A stretch of 32,000 bases of DNA from Cellulosilyticum sp. I15G10I2 (lineage in GTDB: Bacteria > Bacillota > Clostridia > Lachnospirales > Cellulosilyticaceae). This document shows positions 8,768-17,464 of this stretch, piece by piece. The DNA is taken from NCBI RefSeq assembly GCF_900095725.1, contig NZ_FMMP01000015.1, positions 132,364 to 164,363 of the forward strand, given 5' to 3'. Below the pieces are notes generated by a model. That model was not told the DNA's origin and made no database searches. It was given only the letters and a program-made list of their open reading frames with translations. The position numbers were made by a program, and so were the translations under genes. Every line of letters starts with the position of its first letter. Position 1 is the first letter of the stretch.

Positions 8768-10339
8768 ATGTCAGTAGAACTGATAAGAAAGCCAATCACA
8801 TTAGATGAAATGACAAGAAGAGAAAGTGTTCAAGTGATCAAAGAACGTGACATTATTGTACCAGATGGAAAACCTGACATGAAAAGAATACTTCAATTAG
8901 ACGGCAAGGTCAATATAGATCAACTAGATGTAAGTCAAGATAGGATTTTGTATAGAGGTAAAATAGATATTTTAGTGCTTTATACAACAGAGAACAATGA
9001 AAGTAATGTCTATACTATGAAGGGGAATATTCCGCTCGAAGATTTTGTGATCTTAGAAGGTGTAGATAAAGATCAGCGTATAGACTTTGAATATGATATA
9101 GAACATATGAGCTATAACATATTAAATGAGAGAAAGCTAAATGTTAAAGCTATTATGCAGCTTGATGCTGCTGCAACAAGAAGTAAACAGACCACAGTTA
9201 TCTGCGGCATAGATACAGAGGCCCCTATTCAAACAAGAGAAGAAGAAATTGAAGTGATTACTTTAGGTACTGAAAAAGAAGATAGAGTAATAGTCAGAGA
9301 AGACCTAACTGTTATGCAGGCAAAACCTAGTATCGCAGAAATTCTAAAAAGCTATGTTCAAATTCAGGAAGAGCAAGTTAAAAGAACAGAAGCAGAACTT
9401 ATGTATAATGGGATTCTCGAAGTTAGTACAATGTATAAAGCTGGAGGCGGCGAGGATACAATAGAGATTATTAATCATAGAATTCCTTTTGAAGGAAGAG
9501 TAGACCTGCCAAAAGATGATGGGGAAGTTTTTTGGGACTGCACACTAAGTGTTGCGCCCTCTTATATGCAGGTTGCACCAGATTATGATGGCGAAGATAG
9601 AGTGATAGAGTCAGAATTTATTGTTACCGCAAAATACTATAAGTTTAATAAAACTGTTCAGCCAACTATATGTGACTTACATTGTCCGGGCAAAAAAGTA
9701 TCCACGAGTGATAAAGTTTTAGAGTATATGAATCTTCATAATAGAGTGCATCTTTCTATTCCTAAAAAAGAAGCTATTATGATAGAGAATTTTATACCAG
9801 AAAACAATGAAGTCTTTAGTGTAGTAATAAGGCCAAATGTAGAAGAGAAGCTAATAGCAGATGACAAGCTGACAATTAAAGGGGTACTAGAAGTAAAAAC
9901 TATCTACATAGCAAAAGAAGTAGGCAGTGTAATAGATACGGCAGTTAATATTGTACCTTTTGCTCAAGAAATAGAAGTTAAAGGTATCGCAAAGAAGGCG
10001 AGTGTAGTACCTAGAATTATGGCAAAAGATGTTAAAATATATTCTCAAGGTAAAAAAGAAGTCGTAGTAGAATATATGCTCGATAGTACAGCAGAAATAT
10101 ATACAAAAGGTAACCTAAACGTACTTGAAGAAATAAGTCTGGAGGATATGACGAAAGAAGAATTAGATCAATATCCAAGTATGACTGTTTATCAAGTTAA
10201 AAAGGGAGATAGCCTCTGGGAGCTTGCAAAAAGGTTTAACACATCTGTTAAAGATATACAAGAAATAAATGGAATAGATATGCCGGATGCACTTCATACA
10301 GGGCAAAAGATTATCATTCTTAAAAAAGTAAAGTTTTAA
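8768..10339 (+). CDS. sipL: DUF3794-type protein with a C-terminal LysM domain; SipL-like spore morphogenetic protein (SpoVID functional analogue)
   Basis: 523-aa ORF after a GGAGGGGG SD. Clear C-terminal LysM (YQVKKGDSLWELAKRFNTSVKDIQEINGIDMPDALHTGQKIIIL). Size, LysM position and adjacency to yabG resemble Clostridioides difficile SipL (from memory). Confidence 0.65.
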   Translation: MSVELIRKPITLDEMTRRESVQVIKERDIIVPDGKPDMKRILQLDGKVNIDQLDVSQDRILYRGKIDILVLYTTENNESNVYTMKGNIPLEDFVILEGVDKDQRIDFEYDIEHMSYNILNERKLNVKAIMQLDAAATRSKQTTVICGIDTEAPIQTREEEIEVITLGTEKEDRVIVREDLTVMQAKPSIAEILKSYVQIQEEQVKRTEAELMYNGILEVSTMYKAGGGEDTIEIINHRIPFEGRVDLPKDDGEVFWDCTLSVAPSYMQVAPDYDGEDRVIESEFIVTAKYYKFNKTVQPTICDLHCPGKKVSTSDKVLEYMNLHNRVHLSIPKKEAIMIENFIPENNEVFSVVIRPNVEEKLIADDKLTIKGVLEVKTIYIAKEVGSVIDTAVNIVPFAQEIEVKGIAKKASVVPRIMAKDVKIYSQGKKEVVVEYMLDSTAEIYTKGNLNVLEEISLEDMTKEELDQYPSMTVYQVKKGDSLWELAKRFNTSVKDIQEINGIDMPDALHTGQKIIILKKVKF

Positions 10340-10348
10340 CTTCTATAT

Positions 10349-10397
10349 TAAAGAGTTTTAAGTACTTCTATAGTACATTAAAACTCTTTATTTTTTT
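10349..10397 (+). terminator. rho-independent terminator after the sipL-like gene
   Basis: TAAAGAGTTTTA (10349-10360) pairs with the complementary arm ending at 10390, followed by a T7 run. Confidence 0.8.
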
Positions 10398-10475
10398 GAA
10401 ATCTATAGTATATAAAAAAACATTACTAAATAAATAAAGAATAAATGGATTTTGTATACAGTAAATGCATTTTAA

Positions 10476-10505
10476 TTGACTTTAGGATTTAGCTAAGTTT
10501 ATAAT
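10476..10505 (+). promoter_or_regulatory. sigma-A-type promoter for ispE
   Basis: TTGACT (10476-10481), 18-nt spacer, TATAAT (10500-10505). It lies about 35 nt upstream of the ispE SD GAGGGAGGG. Confidence 0.5.
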
Positions 10506-10540
10506 AGAACAAATAAGCAACATACACGAGGGAGGGTGCT

Positions 10541-11446
10541 ATGAACTCAATTATATTAAAAGCAAGGGGCAAAATTAATCTAACATTAGATGTAGTTGGG
10601 AAAAGGGACAATGGCTATCATGACCTACGTATGATTATGCAAACAATAAATTTATATGATACTTTATATATAAGAAAAACTAAGGTATCAGGTATTAGAC
10701 TGCAAGCAAATTATTCATGGCTTCCAACCAATGAAAAAAACATAGCCTATCGTGCTGCACAAGTTTTTTTGGAAGAAGCAAACATTAATACAGGCGTTGC
10801 TATAGAACTTACAAAAAGAATTCCTGTAGCCGCAGGTCTTGCGGGTGGGAGTACAGATGCTGCTGCTACACTTATAGGATTAAATAAGCTATTTAATACA
10901 AGGTACAATAGAGAAAAGCTTATGGAAATGGGGCTTAGGTTGGGTGCTGATGTACCTTTTTGCATATTAAGAGGAACAGTGCTGGCAGAAGGGATAGGAG
11001 AAGTACTAACACCACTTTCACCCATGCCTTATACGCATGTTGTGCTAGTTAAACCGCCTATTAGTGTATCGACCGCTGTTGTCTATAAAAACCTAGACAT
11101 AAATAATATTCATTTGCATCCAAATACAGAGGCAGCGATAAAAGCAATACAAGATAAAAATCTGCACAGTATAGCAACAAATATGGTTAACGTATTAGAA
11201 GGGGTTACAATTCCTATGTATCCAATTATACAAGATTTTAAAGAAGATCTTATAAGACATGGGGCAATAGGGGCTATGATGAGTGGTAGCGGCTCAACAG
11301 TTTTTGGGTTATTTGAAAGTAAAGAAAAAGCATATGCTGCAGCAGGCTATTTTAAACTGCAGCGCAATGTACGCGATGTGTATACAACTACTACTTATTC
11401 TAAAATGCAAAAAGGGGTGCATGTTAATGATAGAAGATACTTATAG
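10541..11446 (+). CDS. ispE: 4-diphosphocytidyl-2-C-methyl-D-erythritol kinase
   Basis: N-terminal KARGKINLTLDV, GHMP-kinase motif PVAAGLAGGSTDAAA, and SGSGSTVFG near the C-terminus. Confidence 0.9.
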   Translation: MNSIILKARGKINLTLDVVGKRDNGYHDLRMIMQTINLYDTLYIRKTKVSGIRLQANYSWLPTNEKNIAYRAAQVFLEEANINTGVAIELTKRIPVAAGLAGGSTDAAATLIGLNKLFNTRYNREKLMEMGLRLGADVPFCILRGTVLAEGIGEVLTPLSPMPYTHVVLVKPPISVSTAVVYKNLDINNIHLHPNTEAAIKAIQDKNLHSIATNMVNVLEGVTIPMYPIIQDFKEDLIRHGAIGAMMSGSGSTVFGLFESKEKAYAAAGYFKLQRNVRDVYTTTTYSKMQKGVHVNDRRYL

Positions 11447-12116
11447 CATGAAAATAAATGAGTATTTACCATTAAGAGATATTGTATTTCAAACACTAAG
11501 AAAAGCAATCTTAACAGGTGAACTAGAACCCGGCGAAAGGCTTATGGAAATACAGCTGGGAGAAAAACTAGGTGTAAGCCGCACGCCTATTAGAGAGGCC
11601 ATAAGAAAATTAGAACTAGAAGGTCTAGTGATTATGGTACCAAGAAAAGGGGCACAAGTTGCGCAGTTTACTGAAAAGGATATACAAGATGTATTAGAAG
11701 TGAGAGCTGCACTAGAAGCGCTTGCTGCTAAAATAGCCTGTAAGAGAATGGATGACCGTGCGTTCTTAAAATTGCAGCTTGCAATAACAGAGTACGATTA
11801 TGCAGCAAGAGAAAAAGATATAGAGACTATGATTGAAAAAGATGTAGAGTTTCATGAGACAATATTTAATGCTTCACAAAATGATAAGCTTATTCAGCTC
11901 TTTAACAACTTAAGAGAACAAGTGCATAGGTACCGTATTGCGTATCTTAAGAATACAGGAGAAAGTGAACTGGTTCACGCAGAGCATTTACAGCTCCTAG
12001 AAGCGCTTCAAAGAAGAGATGAAGTTTTAGCTGAAGAAATAGCAGCTAAGCATATACAAACACAGTGTGTATCTATTATGCGTTTTATTAAAAGTAAAGT
12101 GACAGAAGAAAACTAA
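11427..12116 (+). CDS. GntR-family transcriptional regulator with an FCD (FadR-type) C-terminal domain
   Basis: The track ORF starts at 11283 inside ispE. I start at ATG 11427, 9 nt after AAAGGGG (ATG 11448 is also possible). It has a winged HTH (GERLMEIQLGEKLGVSRTPIREAIRKLELEGLV) and an FCD-like helical domain (LEVRAALEALAAK, FHETIF). It overlaps the ispE 3' end by about 20 nt. Confidence 0.85.
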   Translation: MIEDTYSMKINEYLPLRDIVFQTLRKAILTGELEPGERLMEIQLGEKLGVSRTPIREAIRKLELEGLVIMVPRKGAQVAQFTEKDIQDVLEVRAALEALAAKIACKRMDDRAFLKLQLAITEYDYAAREKDIETMIEKDVEFHETIFNASQNDKLIQLFNNLREQVHRYRIAYLKNTGESELVHAEHLQLLEALQRRDEVLAEEIAAKHIQTQCVSIMRFIKSKVTEEN

Positions 12117-12261
12117 CGATTGTATAAGGGCCATTTTCTATAAAGAAAAATAAGGCTCTTTTTTTATTTTTGGGAATTTATATTATAGAATTATAAGTTA
12201 ATTGGTGTTAAAATGAGGAAGTTAAAAGACTACGATATCTGTGTTTAGGAAGGGGATAAAC

Positions 12262-13983
12262 ATGAATTATAAAGCTATGTATCAAATGTGGACTCAGCAT
12301 GCTGCAGTTGATATTTCAACTAAGAATGAATTAGAAGCACTAACAGATGAAAAAGAGATAGAGGATAGATTTTATAAAAACCTTGAATTTGGTACAGGGG
12401 GCCTTAGAGGTAAGATTGCAGCAGGAACCAATAGGATGAATATTTATACGGTTGCAAAGGCAACAAAAGGACTTGCAGCGTATTTAGTGACTAACTTTGA
12501 GAAACCAAGTATTTGTATTGCCTATGATTCTAGAAATATGTCAGATATATTTGCCGAGACTGCAGCAAAAGTATTAGCAGCAGCTGGTGTTAAGGTGTAC
12601 TTATATGAAAGTCTTAGACCGACACCCATATTGTCTTTTGCCGTAAGATATATGAAAGCAGAAGCGGGGATTGTTATTACAGCTTCGCATAACCCTAAAG
12701 AATACAATGGCTATAAGGTATATGGCAATGATGGTGGACAGATTACAGATCAAGCAGCCAAAGAGGTCTTAGAGTTTATAGATAAAACAGATATTTTTAC
12801 AGATATCAAACAAATGGCATTAGGAGAAGCCGAGGAAAAAGGACTTCTTGTTTACATAGGAGAAGAAGTTGACAAGGCTTATTATGAAAAAGTAGAAAGT
12901 CTCGTTATTAGAAAAAGTCTTGTAAAAGAAAGAGCGAGTGAACTTAAAATCATCTATACGCCTATACACGGAAGCGGCAATGTACCTATAAGAACAATGC
13001 TTAAGAACTTAGGTTTTACAGATGTAACAATTGTTAAAGAACAAGAAGAACCAGATGGCAATTTTCCAACAGCACCTTACCCCAATCCAGAAAACCCACA
13101 AGTATTTAATATTGCAATAGATATGGCAAGGAGAGTCTGCCCAGACCTCATATTTGGAACTGATCCAGACTGTGATAGAATAGGTGTTGTAGTCAAAGAA
13201 GCAAATGGAGAATATAAAGTTTTAACAGGCAATCAAGTAGGGATACTTCTATCAGAATATATCCTTAATGCAAGAGCTGGAGAAGGTATTTTAAGCTCAA
13301 AAGATACGATCATTAAGACGATTGTTACAACAGAGATGGTTAGAAGAATTACAGAGAACTACGATGTTCAGCTTATGGATGTACTGACTGGATTTAAATA
13401 TATAGGAGAAAAAATAGAAGCATTTGAAATGACGGGTTCAAATAATTTTGTTTTAGGCTTTGAAGAAAGCTATGGTTATTTAGCCGGCGGATTTGTAAGA
13501 GACAAAGATGCTGTTATTGCCTCTGTACTTATTGCAGAAATGGCACTTTACTATAAAACAAAAGGCAAGAACCTATCAGAAGCGCTAGAGGATTTATTTA
13601 AAAAATATGGTTACTATAAAGAGCATCTTATCTCTCTTGAAATGGAGGGTAAAGATGGGCAAGAAAAGATTACAAGTATTATTGCCAATCTAAGAGATCA
13701 TGCACCAAGAGTAATCGGGGCTACTAAGATTGTAATATCAGAGGATTATCAGCTTTCTCAAAGATATAATGCAGATGAAAACAGTATAGAACTTATTAAT
13801 CTTCCAAAATCAAATGTTATCAAATTTATTTTAGAAGATAACAGCTGGTTTGTAGTAAGACCATCAGGAACAGAGCCTAAGATTAAGATATATACTTCAG
13901 TCGTAGGCCAAAATCTAGTAGATGCAGAGCAAAAAACAGAGGCATTTGTTAAGGATATCAATAGTTTGCTTAATATGCAGTAA
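12262..13983 (+). CDS. second phosphohexomutase paralogue (phosphomannomutase/phosphoglucomutase), co-transcribed with manA
   Basis: I start at ATG 12262 after AAGGGGA (track start is GTG 12241). It has TASHNPKEYNGYKVY, GTDPDCDR, GFEESYG and RPSGTEPKIK. It aligns end to end with the 5573-7303 product, roughly half identical by eye. Confidence 0.9.
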   Translation: MNYKAMYQMWTQHAAVDISTKNELEALTDEKEIEDRFYKNLEFGTGGLRGKIAAGTNRMNIYTVAKATKGLAAYLVTNFEKPSICIAYDSRNMSDIFAETAAKVLAAAGVKVYLYESLRPTPILSFAVRYMKAEAGIVITASHNPKEYNGYKVYGNDGGQITDQAAKEVLEFIDKTDIFTDIKQMALGEAEEKGLLVYIGEEVDKAYYEKVESLVIRKSLVKERASELKIIYTPIHGSGNVPIRTMLKNLGFTDVTIVKEQEEPDGNFPTAPYPNPENPQVFNIAIDMARRVCPDLIFGTDPDCDRIGVVVKEANGEYKVLTGNQVGILLSEYILNARAGEGILSSKDTIIKTIVTTEMVRRITENYDVQLMDVLTGFKYIGEKIEAFEMTGSNNFVLGFEESYGYLAGGFVRDKDAVIASVLIAEMALYYKTKGKNLSEALEDLFKKYGYYKEHLISLEMEGKDGQEKITSIIANLRDHAPRVIGATKIVISEDYQLSQRYNADENSIELINLPKSNVIKFILEDNSWFVVRPSGTEPKIKIYTSVVGQNLVDAEQKTEAFVKDINSLLNMQ

Positions 13984-13998
13984 TATTTGGAGGAGAAT

Positions 13999-14946
13999 AT
14001 GTTAAAATTAAACCCAGTATTTAAGGACTATATCTGGGGTGGGGATAAGCTCAAAACACTTTATCATAAAAAAAGTGATTTAGAGGTTATGGCAGAAAGT
14101 TGGGAGCTCTCTACCCATAAAGATGGTCAGTGCAAGATAGCAGAAGGGGCACATGAGAAAGAAACATTAGCCAATTGGATTAAGGGCAAGAATTTTCTAG
14201 GGAGCAAAGCTGCCTCACAGGATGATTTACCTATTCTTATCAAGCTTATTGATGCAAAAGATAATCTTTCTGTACAGGTGCACCCTGATGATGACTATGC
14301 ACTCACAAATGAAGGAGACTTCGGCAAAACAGAAATGTGGTATGTCTTAGAAGCTGAAGAAGATGCAAGGCTCGTTTATGGTTTCAAAAAAGATATATCT
14401 AAAGAGGCATTTGAACAGCATATTATAGATAATACCTTAACAGAGGTGCTAAATAGTGTGCCTGTAAAAAAAGGAGATGTGTTCTTCATTAATCCTGGGA
14501 CGATGCATGCAATAGGCAAGGGTATTATGATCGCAGAGATTCAGCAGAGCTCTAATGTCACTTATAGAGTATACGACTATGGAAGAGTAGGTGTAGATGG
14601 TAAGCCAAGAGAACTGCATGTAGAAAAAGCACTCCAAGTAACCCATTTGAAAAAAGCAGATAAAGCCAAGGTAGACTATAACTTAGAAAAACATGAGGGT
14701 TATTCACGAGGTGTTATTGCTGCTTGTAAATACTTTACGGTAGAACTGGTGGAGATTGAAGCTGAAGCTGTAATGCATGCAGACCATACAACTTTTCATT
14801 CACTTTTAATATTAGAAGGAGACGTTAGGATTTATTCGCATAAAGACACATTATATGCTGCAAAAGGTGAGTCTATTTTTATTCCAGCAAGTTATGGTGA
14901 CTATAAGATAGAAGGCAGCAGCAAAATTATTTTATCAACGCTATAA
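13999..14946 (+). CDS. manA: class I mannose-6-phosphate isomerase
   Basis: ATG 13999 lies after GGAGGAG (the track start TTG 13987 is unlikely). It has the cupin metal motifs SVQVHPDD, KTEMWYV and HAIGKG. It begins 16 nt after the stop of the upstream mutase. Confidence 0.9.
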   Translation: MLKLNPVFKDYIWGGDKLKTLYHKKSDLEVMAESWELSTHKDGQCKIAEGAHEKETLANWIKGKNFLGSKAASQDDLPILIKLIDAKDNLSVQVHPDDDYALTNEGDFGKTEMWYVLEAEEDARLVYGFKKDISKEAFEQHIIDNTLTEVLNSVPVKKGDVFFINPGTMHAIGKGIMIAEIQQSSNVTYRVYDYGRVGVDGKPRELHVEKALQVTHLKKADKAKVDYNLEKHEGYSRGVIAACKYFTVELVEIEAEAVMHADHTTFHSLLILEGDVRIYSHKDTLYAAKGESIFIPASYGDYKIEGSSKIILSTL

Positions 14947-14969
14947 ATACATTAGAATCATTAGACATA

Positions 14970-14995
14970 AAGCCACAGTATGCATACTGTGGCTT
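14970..14995 (+). terminator. strong hairpin after manA; possible atypical terminator
   Basis: An 11-bp perfect stem, AAGCCACAGTA (14970-14980) with TACTGTGGCTT (14985-14995). It is followed by an A-run, not a T-run, so it is not a canonical intrinsic terminator. Confidence 0.4.
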
Positions 14996-15046
14996 AAAAA
15001 AATCAAAAGTGTTTAAGAACCTATCTAAAAAGAGAGGAAGTAGGTC

Positions 15047-15967
15047 ATGAAAGATATCTTTCGTTCAGAACAAAGCTTATTTAGGGATGTAGCAAAAGAA
15101 AAGCATAAAAAGCTCTCCTCAACCTTTTTTATTTTGATTATGCCAGTTATTGTACTAGTAATAGGCGGTTTTGGCGCCGCAATATTCATTCGAAGGATGG
15201 GATTATTTTATCTAAAAGACTGGTTTGACCCTGCATTTTACCTGCCAATAGAGTTAATGATTGGCACAGGATTTGCTATTGTATTGGTTTTTTTAATTGT
15301 AAAGTTTAAGGAGAAAAGAAAGATAAGTACACTGGGACTTTCTATCACTACTTATAGTCTGGGGCAGTATTTAAGAGGGTTTGTATTAGGCATAATGATG
15401 TTTGGTAGCTCACTTGCAATTATTGTTTTAAGTACAGATGGCGAGGTAAGTTTTCAAGGTATCAGCTTAAGGAGTATGCTTCCCTTCCTATTTATGCTTC
15501 TGGCGTGGGTGATACAAGGGGCATCAGAAGAGATACTGCTAAGAGGGTATATGCTACCTGCACTTGCCGTAAGAAAAGGAGCAAAATTTGCAATCATTAC
15601 CTCCTCAGTTTATTTTGCAGCACTGCATCTAGGTAATAGTGGGATTAGCTTCATAGGATTTATGAATATTATATTAGTTGGGATCTTTACCACGTTGTAT
15701 GCAATATATGAAGATAGTATCTGGGGAGTCTGCGGCTGGCATAGTGCATGGAACTTCGCACAGGGTAATTTATTTGGATGTTTAGTAAGTGGCATAGAGC
15801 TAGGTGGGAGCAGTTTATTCATAACGTACTTACCAGAAGAGTCCGAGCTGATTACAGGAGGCAACTTTGGCCCTGAGGCGAGTATCATCGTGACGATTAT
15901 CTTTTTGGGTGCTGCTTATAGTCTTTATAGGTTACTTAGAAATGCTGCTTTTATATCATCACATTGA
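15047..15967 (+). CDS. CPBP-family intramembrane glutamic endopeptidase (CAAX protease / Abi family)
   Basis: Polytopic 306-aa ORF with motif 1 (SEEILLRGY), motif 2 (FAALH) and a later WHSAWN histidine motif. Confidence 0.85.
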   Translation: MKDIFRSEQSLFRDVAKEKHKKLSSTFFILIMPVIVLVIGGFGAAIFIRRMGLFYLKDWFDPAFYLPIELMIGTGFAIVLVFLIVKFKEKRKISTLGLSITTYSLGQYLRGFVLGIMMFGSSLAIIVLSTDGEVSFQGISLRSMLPFLFMLLAWVIQGASEEILLRGYMLPALAVRKGAKFAIITSSVYFAALHLGNSGISFIGFMNIILVGIFTTLYAIYEDSIWGVCGWHSAWNFAQGNLFGCLVSGIELGGSSLFITYLPEESELITGGNFGPEASIIVTIIFLGAAYSLYRLLRNAAFISSH

Positions 15968-16115
15968 TACTTTTGATGAATTATAGTGAGAATCCTAAAC
16001 ATGTTTAGAAAAAACCTTTAAATATTTTGAAATATATTATAACACAAGAAGAATGCATGCGTCTTTGTATCTGTAAAACCTTGAGACCTCTAATAGTACA
16101 GACAAAGTAAATTAG

Positions 16116-16316
16116 CTATCTAAAAGGTCGGTTGTAATGCCCACTTGTTGATAGAGGATCAGTATTTGAAGTATTTATATCTGTATCTACATTTTTTAAA
16201 TGATTTGTAGATACAGATGCATTTAAATGCATCTTATTTGAAATTAATTCAACTGAATTATACTTACTTAAATTATTTACCTTAACATCTAATATGTATT
16301 TATAAATATTTTCCAT
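16116..16316 (-). CDS. orphan small hydrophilic protein (66 aa), function unknown
   Basis: Strong SD GAAGGAGAGG about 9 nt upstream of the ATG (complement of 16317-16338). An imperfect hairpin (16063-16075 with 16097-16107) lies just past the stop. No recognisable family, and the ORF contains the palindromes listed next. Confidence 0.35.
   Translation of the reverse strand: MENIYKYILDVKVNNLSKYNSVELISNKMHLNASVSTNHLKNVDTDINTSNTDPLSTSGHYNRPFR
16179..16234. repeat. two abutting palindromic elements inside the small ORF
   Basis: A 12-bp perfect inverted repeat, ATCTGTATCTAC (16179-16190) with GTAGATACAGAT (16207-16218), separated by 16 nt. It overlaps a 20-bp perfect palindrome, AGATGCATTTAAATGCATCT (16215-16234). 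Confidence 0.8.
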
Positions 16317-16748
16317 TTTGAGAAACCTCTCCTTCTATAAATAAAATTATTAGAACTTTATGTAAGTTATATATTATTTTTATAATTAAGTCGAAAAATA
16401 GGAGAATTTATGTATTGATAGAATTTATAGCAAAAAAAGGAATATTTACAATTATATTATAAATTTATACCTTATGTAATTGTCTGTTTACAGAACTATT
16501 TGAAAAAAAGCTACCAATAGTATTTAAGATATATCTTTTGTAAAAGACAATATAAAAAGACTATGCTGATATTAAGAAATGGTAACTGCATTGAGTAGGA
16601 GTCATTCTTTTTAATTCCCAATGATAACGATAGTAATTATAATAAATCATATATTAGTCAATCTCCAAATTTAATTCTTATAGGGCTTTTCAGGATTTTA
16701 TCTTTATTTCATCTTGCTTAGCCTATACTTTTAGTTAATTATACAAAG

Positions 16749-16799
16749 AAATACCCTATAGGATAGACTCTTTATGTCAGTCTACGCTGTAGGGTATTT
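16749..16799. terminator. bidirectional terminator at the left end of the tail element (downstream of the repressor gene)
   Basis: Outer stem AAATACCCTA (16749-16758) with TAGGGTATTT (16790-16799), plus an inner stem TAGACT/AGTCTA. A T-run follows on the plus strand and TTCTTTG on the minus strand. Confidence 0.6.
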
Positions 16800-16823
16800 T
16801 TTATTTAAAATTATTGTTAGCTT

Positions 16824-17204
16824 TCAATCTTTTATATTCTTAATTAATTTTTCCACATCAAATCCCACAGCAGATAAATTCTCTATTAATTTCTCCACTT
16901 CATTAGGTTTTAGATTATGGGGATAGCTCTTGTGAATTTCTATTTCTATAATATTACCATCTTTCATTCCCGAATATATTTTAGAATCTCTATGTTCTGT
17001 ACGTCCTAGTAAGTAGTCTGTTGTACAATTGAAAATATCAGCTAATTTATCTAATGTCACTGTTTCTGGAATTCTATTTCCATTTTCCCAATTTGAAACG
17101 GCAGTAACAGTAACTCCCATTTTATCTGCTAAGTCTTTTTGATTATAACCTTTCTCAAGTCTTAATTTTCTTATATTTTCATGTATTTTAAGCACAATAA
17201 GCAC
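16824..17204 (-). CDS. XRE-family HTH repressor (CI/Xre-like) with a short non-peptidase C-terminal domain
   Basis: HTH segment IRKLRLEKGYNQKDLADKMGVTVTAVSNWENGNRIP. The C-terminal ~55 aa has no S24/LexA Ser-Lys motifs. The track start is GTG 17204; GTG 17195, 6 nt after AGTAGGTG, is more likely. Confidence 0.8.
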   Translation of the reverse strand: MLIVLKIHENIRKLRLEKGYNQKDLADKMGVTVTAVSNWENGNRIPETVTLDKLADIFNCTTDYLLGRTEHRDSKIYSGMKDGNIIEIEIHKSYPHNLKPNEVEKLIENLSAVGFDVEKLIKNIKD

Positions 17205-17220
17205 CTACTTTCTTGTATAA

Positions 17221-17249
17221 ATTATACACTATACAAATAATCAATTCAA
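17221..17249 (-). promoter_or_regulatory. leftward sigma-A-type promoter for the repressor gene
   Basis: On the minus strand: TTGAAT (complement of 17244-17249), 17-nt spacer, TATAAT (complement of 17221-17226). Confidence 0.5.
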
Positions 17250-17262
17250 ATAAAAAGCATAA

Positions 17263-17376
17263 ATAAAGACACATTATAAAGTTATAAAGATAAATAATTA
17301 AAAACTTATTGAAATTTATCTTAAAGATAAGTAAAATATTATCATAAAGATAAATTATGATAATATCTAAAGATAG
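17263..17376. promoter_or_regulatory. array of putative operator repeats in the switch region
   Basis: Four copies of (A/T/C)TAAAGATA(A/G) start at 17284, 17321, 17344 and 17367 (spacing 37, 23, 23 bp). Degenerate ATAAAG copies lie at 17263 and 17276. The copies at 17316-17330 and 17339-17353 are 15-mers of the form TTATC-N5-GATAA. Confidence 0.5.
17309..17337 (+). promoter_or_regulatory. rightward sigma-A-type promoter for the cro-like and activator genes
   Basis: TTGAAA (17309-17314), 17-nt spacer, TAAAAT (17332-17337). Operator 17316-17330 fills the spacer and operator 17339-17353 covers the expected transcription start. Confidence 0.55.
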
Positions 17377-17464
17377 CTACTTCAAATTTCTAGAATAGTA
17401 TGTAAATCATAATGTATATATTATTATCAATTATACTACAAGATAAAAAGGAGAAATATCGTCA

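Noticed and set aside
11283-11426. 5' extension of the GntR ORF reaching 160 nt into ispE
   Set aside because: The extension lies inside ispE in another frame and has no SD. The HTH domain begins right after the internal ATGs at 11427 and 11448, which follow AAAGGGG.
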